DNA from: Poseidonia sp. | Lineage (GTDB): Archaea > Thermoplasmatota > Poseidoniia > Poseidoniales > Poseidoniaceae | Assembly: GCA_030827745.1 (NCBI GenBank) | Contig: JAURDW010000001.1 | Span: 5,815-69,814, forward strand | Direction of reading: 5' to 3' | DNA length: 64,000 bases | In this document: in pieces, positions 31,039-39,617 of the stretch | Layout of the letters: each line of letters starts with the position of its first letter | Numbering within the stretch: position 1 is the first letter of the stretch | Notes under the pieces: model-generated | The model's database searches: none | What the model saw: the letters and a program-made list of their open reading frames with translations, nothing else | Told to the model about the DNA's origin: nothing | Made by a program: the position numbers and the translations under genes

Positions 31039-33464
31039 GCCTTCATAAATGGTTGAACAACGACCTCTTCATGACCACGAATGTTTGTGACCATCCGTGC
31101 GCCCACAACCCCGCCTCGGAAGAGAGCTCCATCGTCTGCGATTGGTGCAACGCCATGATCAATTTTCAACCCAACAAGAACTGGGAAGTCTATCTCTCTC
31201 CGCGTGAGCACGAGCACGCCATCGCTCAATTTGGCGGGCCAAGTTTGCCTTCCCGTCAACGCTGGAATCGCTTGCTCTTTTCACAAAGCAATCGACCCTT
31301 GGTCCATTGGGCGCGCTTGGACGATGACGTTGATCCCATCGTTTCTCTGCCGTGCTCGCCCGAGGCGTTTGCAGGCATTGCAGCGGGCATTCAAACGGGG
31401 CGCCAACTGACAGGCGAGGAATCTCGATGGCTCCAGAACGGCCTTCGCTTTCACGATGGAACAACGCTTCGCTATTTGCGCGACTGCTGGTACTTGGACG
31501 ATGTTCGTCTGCCTTCATTGAGTTTTGAGGTCCTCTTTCCCATGTTGGCGGAAGAACGAACGCGCCGCGGTTGGGACTTGCCTGCCCTCATCTTGGGCTT
31601 GGCCTCGTGCACGCCGGTCATTGGCGACCTCTTTGGAGAAGGAGGTCCACAGCGGCAACCTGACATGAACGGCCGGGGCGTTCGGTCGCATTATCGGCCG
31701 CTTGCGAGCATGTTGGTTTGGCTGATCAACCGTCTTCATCTGGACCGCCATCACGAAGCACCAACCCGGGAAACCGTCCCGATGATGGCTTGGGCGCACG
31801 ACATCAAACAACGTTTGCTGCGCAACCAAACGACGGATTTGCACGCAACCTTTCAAAACGCCCTTGCCAACCATCCACCTGGCCTCTTTGAACGCTACAC
31901 GATGCCTTGGATGCGGGCGTGGAGGCGGTTGGAACCTACCCACCGTCATCCGCGAACGAAGAATTGGGCGTTTCGGACTCAGGGGAAAAAATTGATGTTT
32001 CGCGTCCGTACAAAAACCGGCAGTATTCGACTCGTGAACGTGCCCGACCGCCCTGAAGCATGGGCCTTGGCGATTTCACTGGCTCACGCCCCGTTGAACT
32101 CTGAAACCGGGAAGTTGTTGCTGGGTTTGCAACACAATTGGACGGTGCCGTACACGGTCGACGCTGAGCCAAGCGCTCCGCTCGTGAAATCCTTGGAGTT
32201 TTGTCATCAAATCATGAACGGTTTGCCCGACCGAATCTTCATCGAGCAATCCACAGCTCTTGTCTTTGGACAGTTGGGCCACGCTTACGAGGTTCGAGTA
32301 GGGAACGGTCAGCACGGCGCTCCGTACACCATCGATCACCTGTTTGGTTTTGAACGTCATTCACGGGAGTCCATTTGCATCCACAGCGGCCGTCACCATA
32401 CCCGCCTTCCTCTCGGTGACACCATGGCTTCGGTGCTGTTATCCATGGCCAACGATGTAAACGCTACCCGCGAAATTCAAAGTTTGTCCGAAGTGATCGT
32501 TCACTCACCACCGTTCGGTTTTCCCGTTCGGAACGTGTCGGGTCGCTGGTTGGACATGCTCGACCAAGAGGCTCTGAATGCGTTGCGCAAGGAACCGTAC
32601 CATGGAAGCGATGTTTGGTTCGCCGTCTGGCGGCCACGCTTCGCCGATGATGCGGATGAGGACGAGGACGACAACCCCGCCGGTTTGGCGGGCATGCGGC
32701 TCTTCCATCATCACCGCCGACGCCGACACCGACGCCGAGAAGAACATGTCAATCAACGATGGGTGCGAGCTTTTGAGGAACGTTTCGAAGCCTCGCTTTC
32801 CTTCCCCTACGATGAAGTTGTAGCAGAGTGGCGAGGCCAAGTTCGTCCTGCTGACCCCTTATTGCACCACCATGACGAGGGCAGGGGCGGCCCGTTCGGG
32901 CGCGGTCTGCAACGCATGATGCGCCGCCAACACCGCATGTGGGGGCACCGTCGCCCCGACGACGTGCACGGCGAAGGTGATGTTCGAGACGGTGAACGCC
33001 GATGGTGCGAGGTCTTTGCTCGCGTTTGGGAAGTGATGAGTCTTCAGCCTCTCGGCAGCCAAGTACGGATGCCTCGGCGAGACGGTGATGCGCTTGCATT
33101 TGAGCATGCAAACCTGACCGTGACCCTTCGAAACGGCCTGGAACGTTCAGCCGTGAGTCGCATGGCGCGGATTTTGGGCTACGTGCGTCACGCAGAAGCC
33201 GACAATCGGGTCGCCTACGTCCGCAGGGACCATCCTCGCCCGCACGCTCGTCTGGAACTCACCGATGTGCTCAGGGATGTGCAAGATCGACAGGGGGTTC
33301 GCGGAGCCCCTCCACGATGGTGGAACTATTGCGAAGTTGCTGCGGCGCCAGATGAGGTGGAACACCTTCGCTGGGAATTGGAAGTTGACCTTACCGACCA
33401 ACCGAGGCAACATCTTTGGCCAAATGCTGGGGATGATGGCCAGAATTGGGTTTTCTTGGAGTGA
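31029..33464 (+). CDS. Large orphan protein (811 aa) with an N-terminal Cys4 zinc-ribbon-like motif and a His/Arg-rich tract.
   Basis: CDHPCAHNPASEESSIVCDWCN (Cx3C...Cx2C) and LFHHHRRRRHRRREEH. No recognisable enzymatic motifs. Its 3' end overlaps the convergent gene by about 74 nt. Confidence 0.45.
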   Translation: MGMSLHKWLNNDLFMTTNVCDHPCAHNPASEESSIVCDWCNAMINFQPNKNWEVYLSPREHEHAIAQFGGPSLPSRQRWNRLLFSQSNRPLVHWARLDDDVDPIVSLPCSPEAFAGIAAGIQTGRQLTGEESRWLQNGLRFHDGTTLRYLRDCWYLDDVRLPSLSFEVLFPMLAEERTRRGWDLPALILGLASCTPVIGDLFGEGGPQRQPDMNGRGVRSHYRPLASMLVWLINRLHLDRHHEAPTRETVPMMAWAHDIKQRLLRNQTTDLHATFQNALANHPPGLFERYTMPWMRAWRRLEPTHRHPRTKNWAFRTQGKKLMFRVRTKTGSIRLVNVPDRPEAWALAISLAHAPLNSETGKLLLGLQHNWTVPYTVDAEPSAPLVKSLEFCHQIMNGLPDRIFIEQSTALVFGQLGHAYEVRVGNGQHGAPYTIDHLFGFERHSRESICIHSGRHHTRLPLGDTMASVLLSMANDVNATREIQSLSEVIVHSPPFGFPVRNVSGRWLDMLDQEALNALRKEPYHGSDVWFAVWRPRFADDADEDEDDNPAGLAGMRLFHHHRRRRHRRREEHVNQRWVRAFEERFEASLSFPYDEVVAEWRGQVRPADPLLHHHDEGRGGPFGRGLQRMMRRQHRMWGHRRPDDVHGEGDVRDGERRWCEVFARVWEVMSLQPLGSQVRMPRRDGDALAFEHANLTVTLRNGLERSAVSRMARILGYVRHAEADNRVAYVRRDHPRPHARLELTDVLRDVQDRQGVRGAPPRWWNYCEVAAAPDEVEHLRWELEVDLTDQPRQHLWPNAGDDGQNWVFLE

Positions 33465-34362
33465 ACACCACGGCCGCAAGGGCGGTAAACAAGGTGAATG
33501 CAACGGGCAAGGCGGGCGTGTCTTCCGATTCGCAATCGGGACCTTCAGCCTCCGAACAACCGCTTCCAGTCTCTTCAACGGCTGTTTCGGGCGGATCGGG
33601 CACGATTTCGTAGAGGAGATGGATTTCCAAATCCGCGCCGTCAAAAGCAGGGGGCAACGACACGGTGGCTGTCCCTTCGAGTTCATGACCAACGACCTGG
33701 ATGTTTCGAACAATGTGGGGGTAAGTCCCCAACCCGTTGCTTCCTTCTTCAAAGTCTGCTGCTCCCTCGACAACGAACACCGAGACGTTTAACGTGGCGT
33801 TGTTCAAATGCGTCTCGTCCATGTCAAGAAGCCACGAGACGGTCCCCGAGACGTTGTCAATGGGCGTCCATGCAAAGGTGGACGTTCCAGCACCAAGGCC
33901 GAGGTCGGTCTTGGCCAAGTTGGTGAATTCGTTTGCGAGTGTTCCGTCATCAGCGACCGAACCAATTTTCTTCATCGTGCCGTTGAACACCACGGACGGC
34001 GGAGAACTGGGTTGGTACTTTTGCCGCCAACGCAAATCCAACGCTTCGGTGCCAAAGGGGTCTTGCGTTTCACCAATGGCTCGGTGAATGTGGTACTGCT
34101 GAAGCCATCCTTCACCTTGGACTTCGTCCAGGGCATGCTCAACATCAACACAATTTTCACACCAGGTGGCCGTGAAGACTTCAACCACTGCCGGCATTTC
34201 GCTCAAGTTTTGCGTGACCGACGCCGTGGCGTTCCCAGCGGGCGACCACTGCCCTCCAAACAGCATGCCGTTGTCCACGGGTGCGGCGGGCAATCCGGAA
34301 GTCGTTCCAGGGAAGCAAGCGAGCACGAGCGTCAGGCCGATGGCGAGGACGAGTTGGCGCAT
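33391..34362 (-). CDS. Secreted, membrane-anchored thioredoxin-fold protein.
   Basis: Signal peptide MRQLVLAIGLTLVLACFPGTTSG. WCxxC redox motif (FTATWCENCVDVEHAL). C-terminal TM segment VAFTLFTALAAVVF. Confidence 0.55.
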   Translation of the reverse strand: MRQLVLAIGLTLVLACFPGTTSGLPAAPVDNGMLFGGQWSPAGNATASVTQNLSEMPAVVEVFTATWCENCVDVEHALDEVQGEGWLQQYHIHRAIGETQDPFGTEALDLRWRQKYQPSSPPSVVFNGTMKKIGSVADDGTLANEFTNLAKTDLGLGAGTSTFAWTPIDNVSGTVSWLLDMDETHLNNATLNVSVFVVEGAADFEEGSNGLGTYPHIVRNIQVVGHELEGTATVSLPPAFDGADLEIHLLYEIVPDPPETAVEETGSGCSEAEGPDCESEDTPALPVAFTLFTALAAVVFTPRKPNSGHHPQHLAKDVASVGR

Positions 34363-34401
34363 GCTTCGCCGTTGCGGCGGAAGGATATGACCCCTCTGCT
34401 T

Positions 34402-35535
34402 TCAGTCCTCGGCGGGTGTGTCTTCTCCCACCCCACTCTCGGTGGTTTCGTCCTCGGAGGAGGTGAAAAGGGAGGCGGCCTCGGGGAGTGCACCGGCTTC
34501 AAACATGGCTTGGAGGTTCTCCAAACGGCTCTTGACACCAGCCCCAGAGAGGTCAACGGCTCCCGCCACGCAATTCAGCAGACCTCGGTGCAAACCAAGT
34601 TGCCGAAGAGCGGCGAAAAACACGCTTGCTGCGACCATGTCCATGGGCACGTTGGCCACGGGACCGTCAACGCGGGGTTCCTTCAACTCGGAAAGGGCGT
34701 TCCAGAAGATCTTCATGGTGCTGTCGAGGTCGCCGTCATCAAGGCGTGTGCTCACAGCGTCCACCAAGTTTTCCACAGCGATGACCAGTGCGTCAGCTCG
34801 ATTGGCCACAAGGCGGATGTTCTGGGGAGCCATGGCCCATCCCATGCTCACCCGAGCCTTGTAGTGGTTGCTGATGGTTTTCTTGGCGTTAACAAATTGC
34901 TCTTTGGAAATGCCGTATTTGTTGCGCACGGCAACCACGTTGATGCTTGGAGTGTTGAGCCATCCGGCTGAAAGGTCGGCGATGGCCAAGGCCATGATTT
35001 GGAGGTTCTGCATGTCGCCGTTGCCCTTGACGCCTTTCTTCTTGCGACAAATGGATGTTTTCGGGCAAGCCAGGCGCTTTTGGTCGCTGGAGTTCAAGGT
35101 CTTGCGTTGAGCCTCCTGAGCGGGGGTCAACTTCTTCGCGGTGGCCTTGGCAAGCAAGCGGGTTGCATGTGCGATGTCCTTGCCAAACATCTCTCGAATC
35201 ATGGCCATCAGTTGACGAAACATGGGGTCTTTCTCGCGTTGGCTGTTGCGGTCTGCCCATCCCAAGGACCGGAATTTGGCTCGGGTCTTGGCATCAAGTC
35301 GCTTTCCTGACCAGTCCTTGGTGTCACCGTATGGATTCATCTTGGTGCCGGCCTTACCTTCGTCATCAACTGCTCCGTTTTGGGCGTGCTCACCGTGAAC
35401 GGCGGATGCATTGGTGTCAGCGTCGTTCACCATCACGGGGTATTCAATGGCGCACCAAGTATCGGCGCACACGCCCATGCCTCGGGCATAGTCGATGTTC
35501 AGCTTCGTTCCACATTCTTCGCATTTCAATTCCAT
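34402..35535 (-). CDS. Divergent TFIIB/TFB-like protein (N-terminal zinc ribbon plus cyclin-like repeats).
   Basis: MELKCEECGTKL...GVCADTWC zinc ribbon. The C-terminal VPMDMVAASVFFAALRQLGLHRGLLNCVAGAVDLSGAGVKSRLENL resembles a TFB cyclin repeat. The start is taken at MELK; the ORF extends to 35640. Confidence 0.45.
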   Translation of the reverse strand: MELKCEECGTKLNIDYARGMGVCADTWCAIEYPVMVNDADTNASAVHGEHAQNGAVDDEGKAGTKMNPYGDTKDWSGKRLDAKTRAKFRSLGWADRNSQREKDPMFRQLMAMIREMFGKDIAHATRLLAKATAKKLTPAQEAQRKTLNSSDQKRLACPKTSICRKKKGVKGNGDMQNLQIMALAIADLSAGWLNTPSINVVAVRNKYGISKEQFVNAKKTISNHYKARVSMGWAMAPQNIRLVANRADALVIAVENLVDAVSTRLDDGDLDSTMKIFWNALSELKEPRVDGPVANVPMDMVAASVFFAALRQLGLHRGLLNCVAGAVDLSGAGVKSRLENLQAMFEAGALPEAASLFTSSEDETTESGVGEDTPAED

Positions 35536-35642
35536 TTTTTCTACCTCTCTGTAACATGAACCTAAGACCCTTATAAACATGATGCCTCGGACACCAAATC
35601 CGCCGGTTCTTGTCGGAACATGAATTACTCTTGTTAGCATAG

Positions 35643-35650
35643 TATTTAAA
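35643..35650. promoter_or_regulatory. TATA-box-like element (TATTTAAA) in the divergent intergenic region.
   Basis: The only AT-rich hexamer block in the 35577-35699 gap. It lies about 50 nt upstream of ATG 35700, and is palindromic so usable on either strand. Confidence 0.4.
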
Positions 35651-35699
35651 CTTTGTTAGGGGCGTCCCAAGCTCGGCCAACCGACGCAAAAGCAAACAT

Positions 35700-38600
35700 G
35701 TGGGGGCGCCATCCAACCAAATTGAACACGGACCCACCAGATGCTTCACAGAGGATGCGAGAACGGCCCGACCCTATTTGAACACACCGTTTGACCTGGA
35801 GGCTTCCTTGATGCAAGTCTGGCGCGTACCTTCAAGAAGCGTCGGAGTGGTTGGAGGGGCGAGGGTGAGTCTATTGTCGGTTCAACATCATGTGTCGTCG
35901 GAGTACACGCCAGCCGGACGCGGCTTGCCGGTGTGGTTGGCGCAGGCGTTCTTGGAACGGCCCGCCCCCAACATTCTTGTTGTTCACCCGAACGAACTCC
36001 ATCGACAGCAAACCCTTGAGCGATTGCATCAAGCCGGGGCTGACCTTGCCCCGAATCTCCACCTCACGCTCAATCGCCTCGTTCGCCTGTTGCACACGGA
36101 CCTGCGTCTGCCGGTCCTTTTGGACGATGATGCAAGCAACGGTCTTGCGCTTCATGCTCGCTGCGTTCAAGCCGCCAACGACGGTTCCTTCCCCTTCCTG
36201 CATGTCCCGGGGGTTGGTGCCTGGACGATGGCCAAGACCAGCCGCCTGCAACGTTTGCACGCCGAGTTGATGCACCTTCGCCGCCCCTTTGAGTGGGAAA
36301 ACGACCCGGGGGCGGTCACCTATCACCGCCTTGTTCTCAACCACCAAGCCGATGCGGGTGGCACCTTGCCCGTGATGGTGCTTCCAAGTGTGGTCGGTGC
36401 CCTATCGGCTGATGATGTTCTTGCACCCTTCCACATCAGCAACATCGACGGCATCGTGCTGCTCGATACTGCGCCGGATTACACCGAAATGGAACAGGAC
36501 CTTTTGTTGGCGCTGGCGAGATTCAAACCGGTTCATCAACTTCTGTGCCCTGGGTCTTTTCGCCTTGGACACCACGGTGCTTACTTGATTGACGAGCCGC
36601 CGTGCACCGTTGAAACTTTGCCCGATTGGCTCCCCCCTCATGAGGTGTGGACGCCGTCCGACGATGGCTGGCGAACGCCCGTGAGCGATGAACGCAACAG
36701 CGTCATCTCTCGCGTGACCGTGGACGAGCGAAGGGATGCAGTGATGGCAACCCAAACCTTCGTCCAGACGTATCGCTCGGTCAGCGACGGTACCGTCCTC
36801 ATCGTGGACGGTTCGGCAAGGGAACGAAGCCAAGAATGGTCAAAGGCCTTGGCTGACATTGGTCTTCGTTGGGGTGGTGGCGCTGGAAAGTTGGAGGAAC
36901 ACCCGCTTCACCACGCGCTTGTGCAAACCGCACGTTTGGGCCAAGGCATGTCGGCATGGTCGCTGGCTTCGCTTCAACGGCTTGTGTTTTCATCAACGCT
37001 TCCGTTGGTCAACGATATGTTCCCCCACCTCACCCACCCCGTTCACGAGCACTGGCGCCCGAAGCCGGATCCGATGGTGTTGGAAGACCTTGCACGGCAG
37101 TTCCACGTCTTGGGTGGGCCGGGAGCCATCGCTCGTTGGTTGGGGGTGCTTTCCAATGCACGTCCTTCCTTTGCCGAACGTCGTCCCGAATTGAAACGGC
37201 AATCGCTTGAGGAGACCCAGTGGTGGCTGGCCTCCATGCTTCGTGCTTGGGCCCCGTTGCTCTCCCTCGAAGACCGTTATCTGTTGAACACGCAAACAGA
37301 GGGCTGCAGCTCCGGTCATGCCCTGCCTCTTCCTGATGCACCCGCAGATGGAGCGGCCTGGCTTTCATGGTTGCTCCGTGTCATCGACATCGATGTCTTC
37401 TCCCATCGGCGTGCACCCCACGATGTCGGTCTCGGTGCCTTGCAGTGCGTGGTCGACTCGCTGGTCAGCGTGCAGAGCCATCTTTCCCAGTGTGGCCTGG
37501 AGATGCCGGTTGATGGCAAGGCCTTCATCGATGTGTTGGAGCACCTCGGGACATCGGTTTCAGTGAACCACTTGACGGCGAAAACCGCCAATCTCCACGT
37601 CGTTTCTCCAGAAGATGCACATGGTTGCGAGGCTGACCTCATCATTCTCGCCGGGCTTGACGTTGATGCCTGGGGAATGCGCACACCGGTTGTCCCTTGG
37701 TTGGACGCCGAGGCTCAAGTCCAATTGGGGACGTTTCAATCCGACCGCTTGGTACGAAAGGGGAGGCATCACCTCCGCCATTTGCTGAACGCGGCACCGG
37801 TGGTCGTCGTGATCGATTCCACCCCCGAAGAAGGTGGGGGGCCGAGTGCGCCCTTGGCCGAGTGGCTGAACGATGTTCGGCGTACCGGGGAGTGGGACGC
37901 CATGCACGAGGCCCCGAGCTTCCTGCCCGAAAACATGACCGAGGGGGACACCGAAGAGCGCCGTTTCCGATGGTGCGTTCGTGAAGAGGGCCACGGAAGT
38001 TGGCTTACACCGGTGCGCCAGGTCATGTTGGCCGATGGTTCAGGGCAGCGCCGTGTTTCGAAGGGGTACGCGAAGGCCGATGTGCGTCAGCAAATCGGGA
38101 TGGATGTGCAGGGTTTGCATCCCTTTGACGAAGGCATCAACAACCCCGTGGCTCTCTTTGACAGTTTTGAGGCAGGTGTTCAAGGGGATCGGTTCCGGAG
38201 GCAACCCTCGTACCGAGATTTGGAGGAAGGGGAGACCATGTCGTGGGATTTGCGTTCATCCATGCTTTCCACCGATGCAGTTGTGCTTCGACCCACCAAA
38301 GCCTCCCTCGCTTCGTCCGGTGTCTTGGCCGAGGAATGGCCCCATCTTGGTCATCGCAACAGCAAATCGGTTTCCGTCACCGTTGACCCTCGCCCTTTGC
38401 CACCCTACATGGTCGAGGATGTCCCCATTCAGCACCGTTTCGGCTTCAACGCCCCCCCTTACCGGCGGGAAGTTTGGTCGCCAAGCCGTCTTGAGGCTTG
38501 GCTCAAATGCCCGCGTCAAGCATGGATGACGCAATGCCTCGCTGCTGACGATGCAGAGGGGCTTGAGGCCGAGGACGTGGATGCACGAACCCGTGGTCAA

Positions 38601-39617
38601 GTGGTTCACGAAGCAGAGGCTGCGTTGCTTGAAGGTCACGGTGTGCCGGTTGGAGGCGAGGTGGTTGAGGGTCCTCAACCGCTCCACCTCGGGCCGTTGG
38701 GCACGCTTGAAGACGCTTGGGCCGTTGTGCTTGCTTTTTTGCAGCGGGACGTCGCATGGCTTGGAAGAAACAACGCCGTTTCGGTTCATCGAACACGCGA
38801 TTTGGTGGACGCAACCCCAGAGGAATGGCAGGCCTTTGTGGAGGGTGAGGTGGAACTGCCTCCCCGTGGACGGCTCGCCCGCATGCTGGCCGCAGATTTC
38901 GAACTTCGTCACGCTGCCCCCGTTGCGGTGGAATGGTCCCCTACAACGGCCACGGAACGTTCGATTGCGTTGATTGCCTCTTCTGAAACCGAAGGTGTCG
39001 AGGGGCTCCGTCTGTTCGGCTATGCCGACCGTGTTGATGTTTTGGACCTCACGGAGACCCAAGAATCTGCGCTGAGAGACCTCGGTGTTCTCGGAGACGA
39101 AGTGTTTGACACGCCCTATCCGATTGATGGCACACCTCGCACAGCACAGCGGTTGGTGGTGATTCGAGATTTGAAAACCGTCAACGGTCCTGCTCCAAAG
39201 TACGTCGGTTTGCGCCACACCCGATGCTTGTTTGAAGACCTTCAACTCGCCCTCTACGCTCGCGCTTGGGAGATGTTGCACCCCAACGATCGGGTTGTGG
39301 GCGTCGGTGCCTCCGAGATTGGTGAATCGACGGTGCACTACGTTGAGTTGGACAGCGATCTCGCTTCCATCGACGAATCCTTGGCCGTTGGTGAGTGTAC
39401 TCGGTATTTCCCGCTCCATTTCCCTGCATTCGACGCCCATGGTGCGCCGATGTCCCCGTTCCGGCGCTGGATGGTGGAGCGATTGAACGTGGCCCAACGG
39501 GCGGTGAACACCGCCGCAGCAGGCCACGTGAACCCCACTCCAGGTGCTCACTGTCAATATTGCTCACTTTCCGCTTCGTGCGGAGCCGCCGTTGGTTCGG
39601 GAGGTGGCCAAGGATGA
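35700..39617 (+). CDS. AddB/RexB-like subunit: large protein with a C-terminal RecB-family PD-(D/E)XK nuclease and a 4-Cys iron-staple. No N-terminal Walker A.
   Basis: Nuclease motifs GYADRVDVL, VVIRDLKTVNG and QLALYARAW. Cys ligands LKCPRQAWM and HCQYCSLSASCG. 1305 aa. Its stop overlaps the next start (ATGA). Confidence 0.7.
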   Translation: MGAPSNQIEHGPTRCFTEDARTARPYLNTPFDLEASLMQVWRVPSRSVGVVGGARVSLLSVQHHVSSEYTPAGRGLPVWLAQAFLERPAPNILVVHPNELHRQQTLERLHQAGADLAPNLHLTLNRLVRLLHTDLRLPVLLDDDASNGLALHARCVQAANDGSFPFLHVPGVGAWTMAKTSRLQRLHAELMHLRRPFEWENDPGAVTYHRLVLNHQADAGGTLPVMVLPSVVGALSADDVLAPFHISNIDGIVLLDTAPDYTEMEQDLLLALARFKPVHQLLCPGSFRLGHHGAYLIDEPPCTVETLPDWLPPHEVWTPSDDGWRTPVSDERNSVISRVTVDERRDAVMATQTFVQTYRSVSDGTVLIVDGSARERSQEWSKALADIGLRWGGGAGKLEEHPLHHALVQTARLGQGMSAWSLASLQRLVFSSTLPLVNDMFPHLTHPVHEHWRPKPDPMVLEDLARQFHVLGGPGAIARWLGVLSNARPSFAERRPELKRQSLEETQWWLASMLRAWAPLLSLEDRYLLNTQTEGCSSGHALPLPDAPADGAAWLSWLLRVIDIDVFSHRRAPHDVGLGALQCVVDSLVSVQSHLSQCGLEMPVDGKAFIDVLEHLGTSVSVNHLTAKTANLHVVSPEDAHGCEADLIILAGLDVDAWGMRTPVVPWLDAEAQVQLGTFQSDRLVRKGRHHLRHLLNAAPVVVVIDSTPEEGGGPSAPLAEWLNDVRRTGEWDAMHEAPSFLPENMTEGDTEERRFRWCVREEGHGSWLTPVRQVMLADGSGQRRVSKGYAKADVRQQIGMDVQGLHPFDEGINNPVALFDSFEAGVQGDRFRRQPSYRDLEEGETMSWDLRSSMLSTDAVVLRPTKASLASSGVLAEEWPHLGHRNSKSVSVTVDPRPLPPYMVEDVPIQHRFGFNAPPYRREVWSPSRLEAWLKCPRQAWMTQCLAADDAEGLEAEDVDARTRGQVVHEAEAALLEGHGVPVGGEVVEGPQPLHLGPLGTLEDAWAVVLAFLQRDVAWLGRNNAVSVHRTRDLVDATPEEWQAFVEGEVELPPRGRLARMLAADFELRHAAPVAVEWSPTTATERSIALIASSETEGVEGLRLFGYADRVDVLDLTETQESALRDLGVLGDEVFDTPYPIDGTPRTAQRLVVIRDLKTVNGPAPKYVGLRHTRCLFEDLQLALYARAWEMLHPNDRVVGVGASEIGESTVHYVELDSDLASIDESLAVGECTRYFPLHFPAFDAHGAPMSPFRRWMVERLNVAQRAVNTAAAGHVNPTPGAHCQYCSLSASCGAAVGSGGGQG

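Noticed and set aside
33808-34971. A 387-aa plus-strand ORF across the thioredoxin-like and TFB-like genes.
   Set aside because: It is antisense to two ORFs that have signal-peptide/WCxxC and zinc-ribbon/cyclin features respectively, and it has no motifs of its own.
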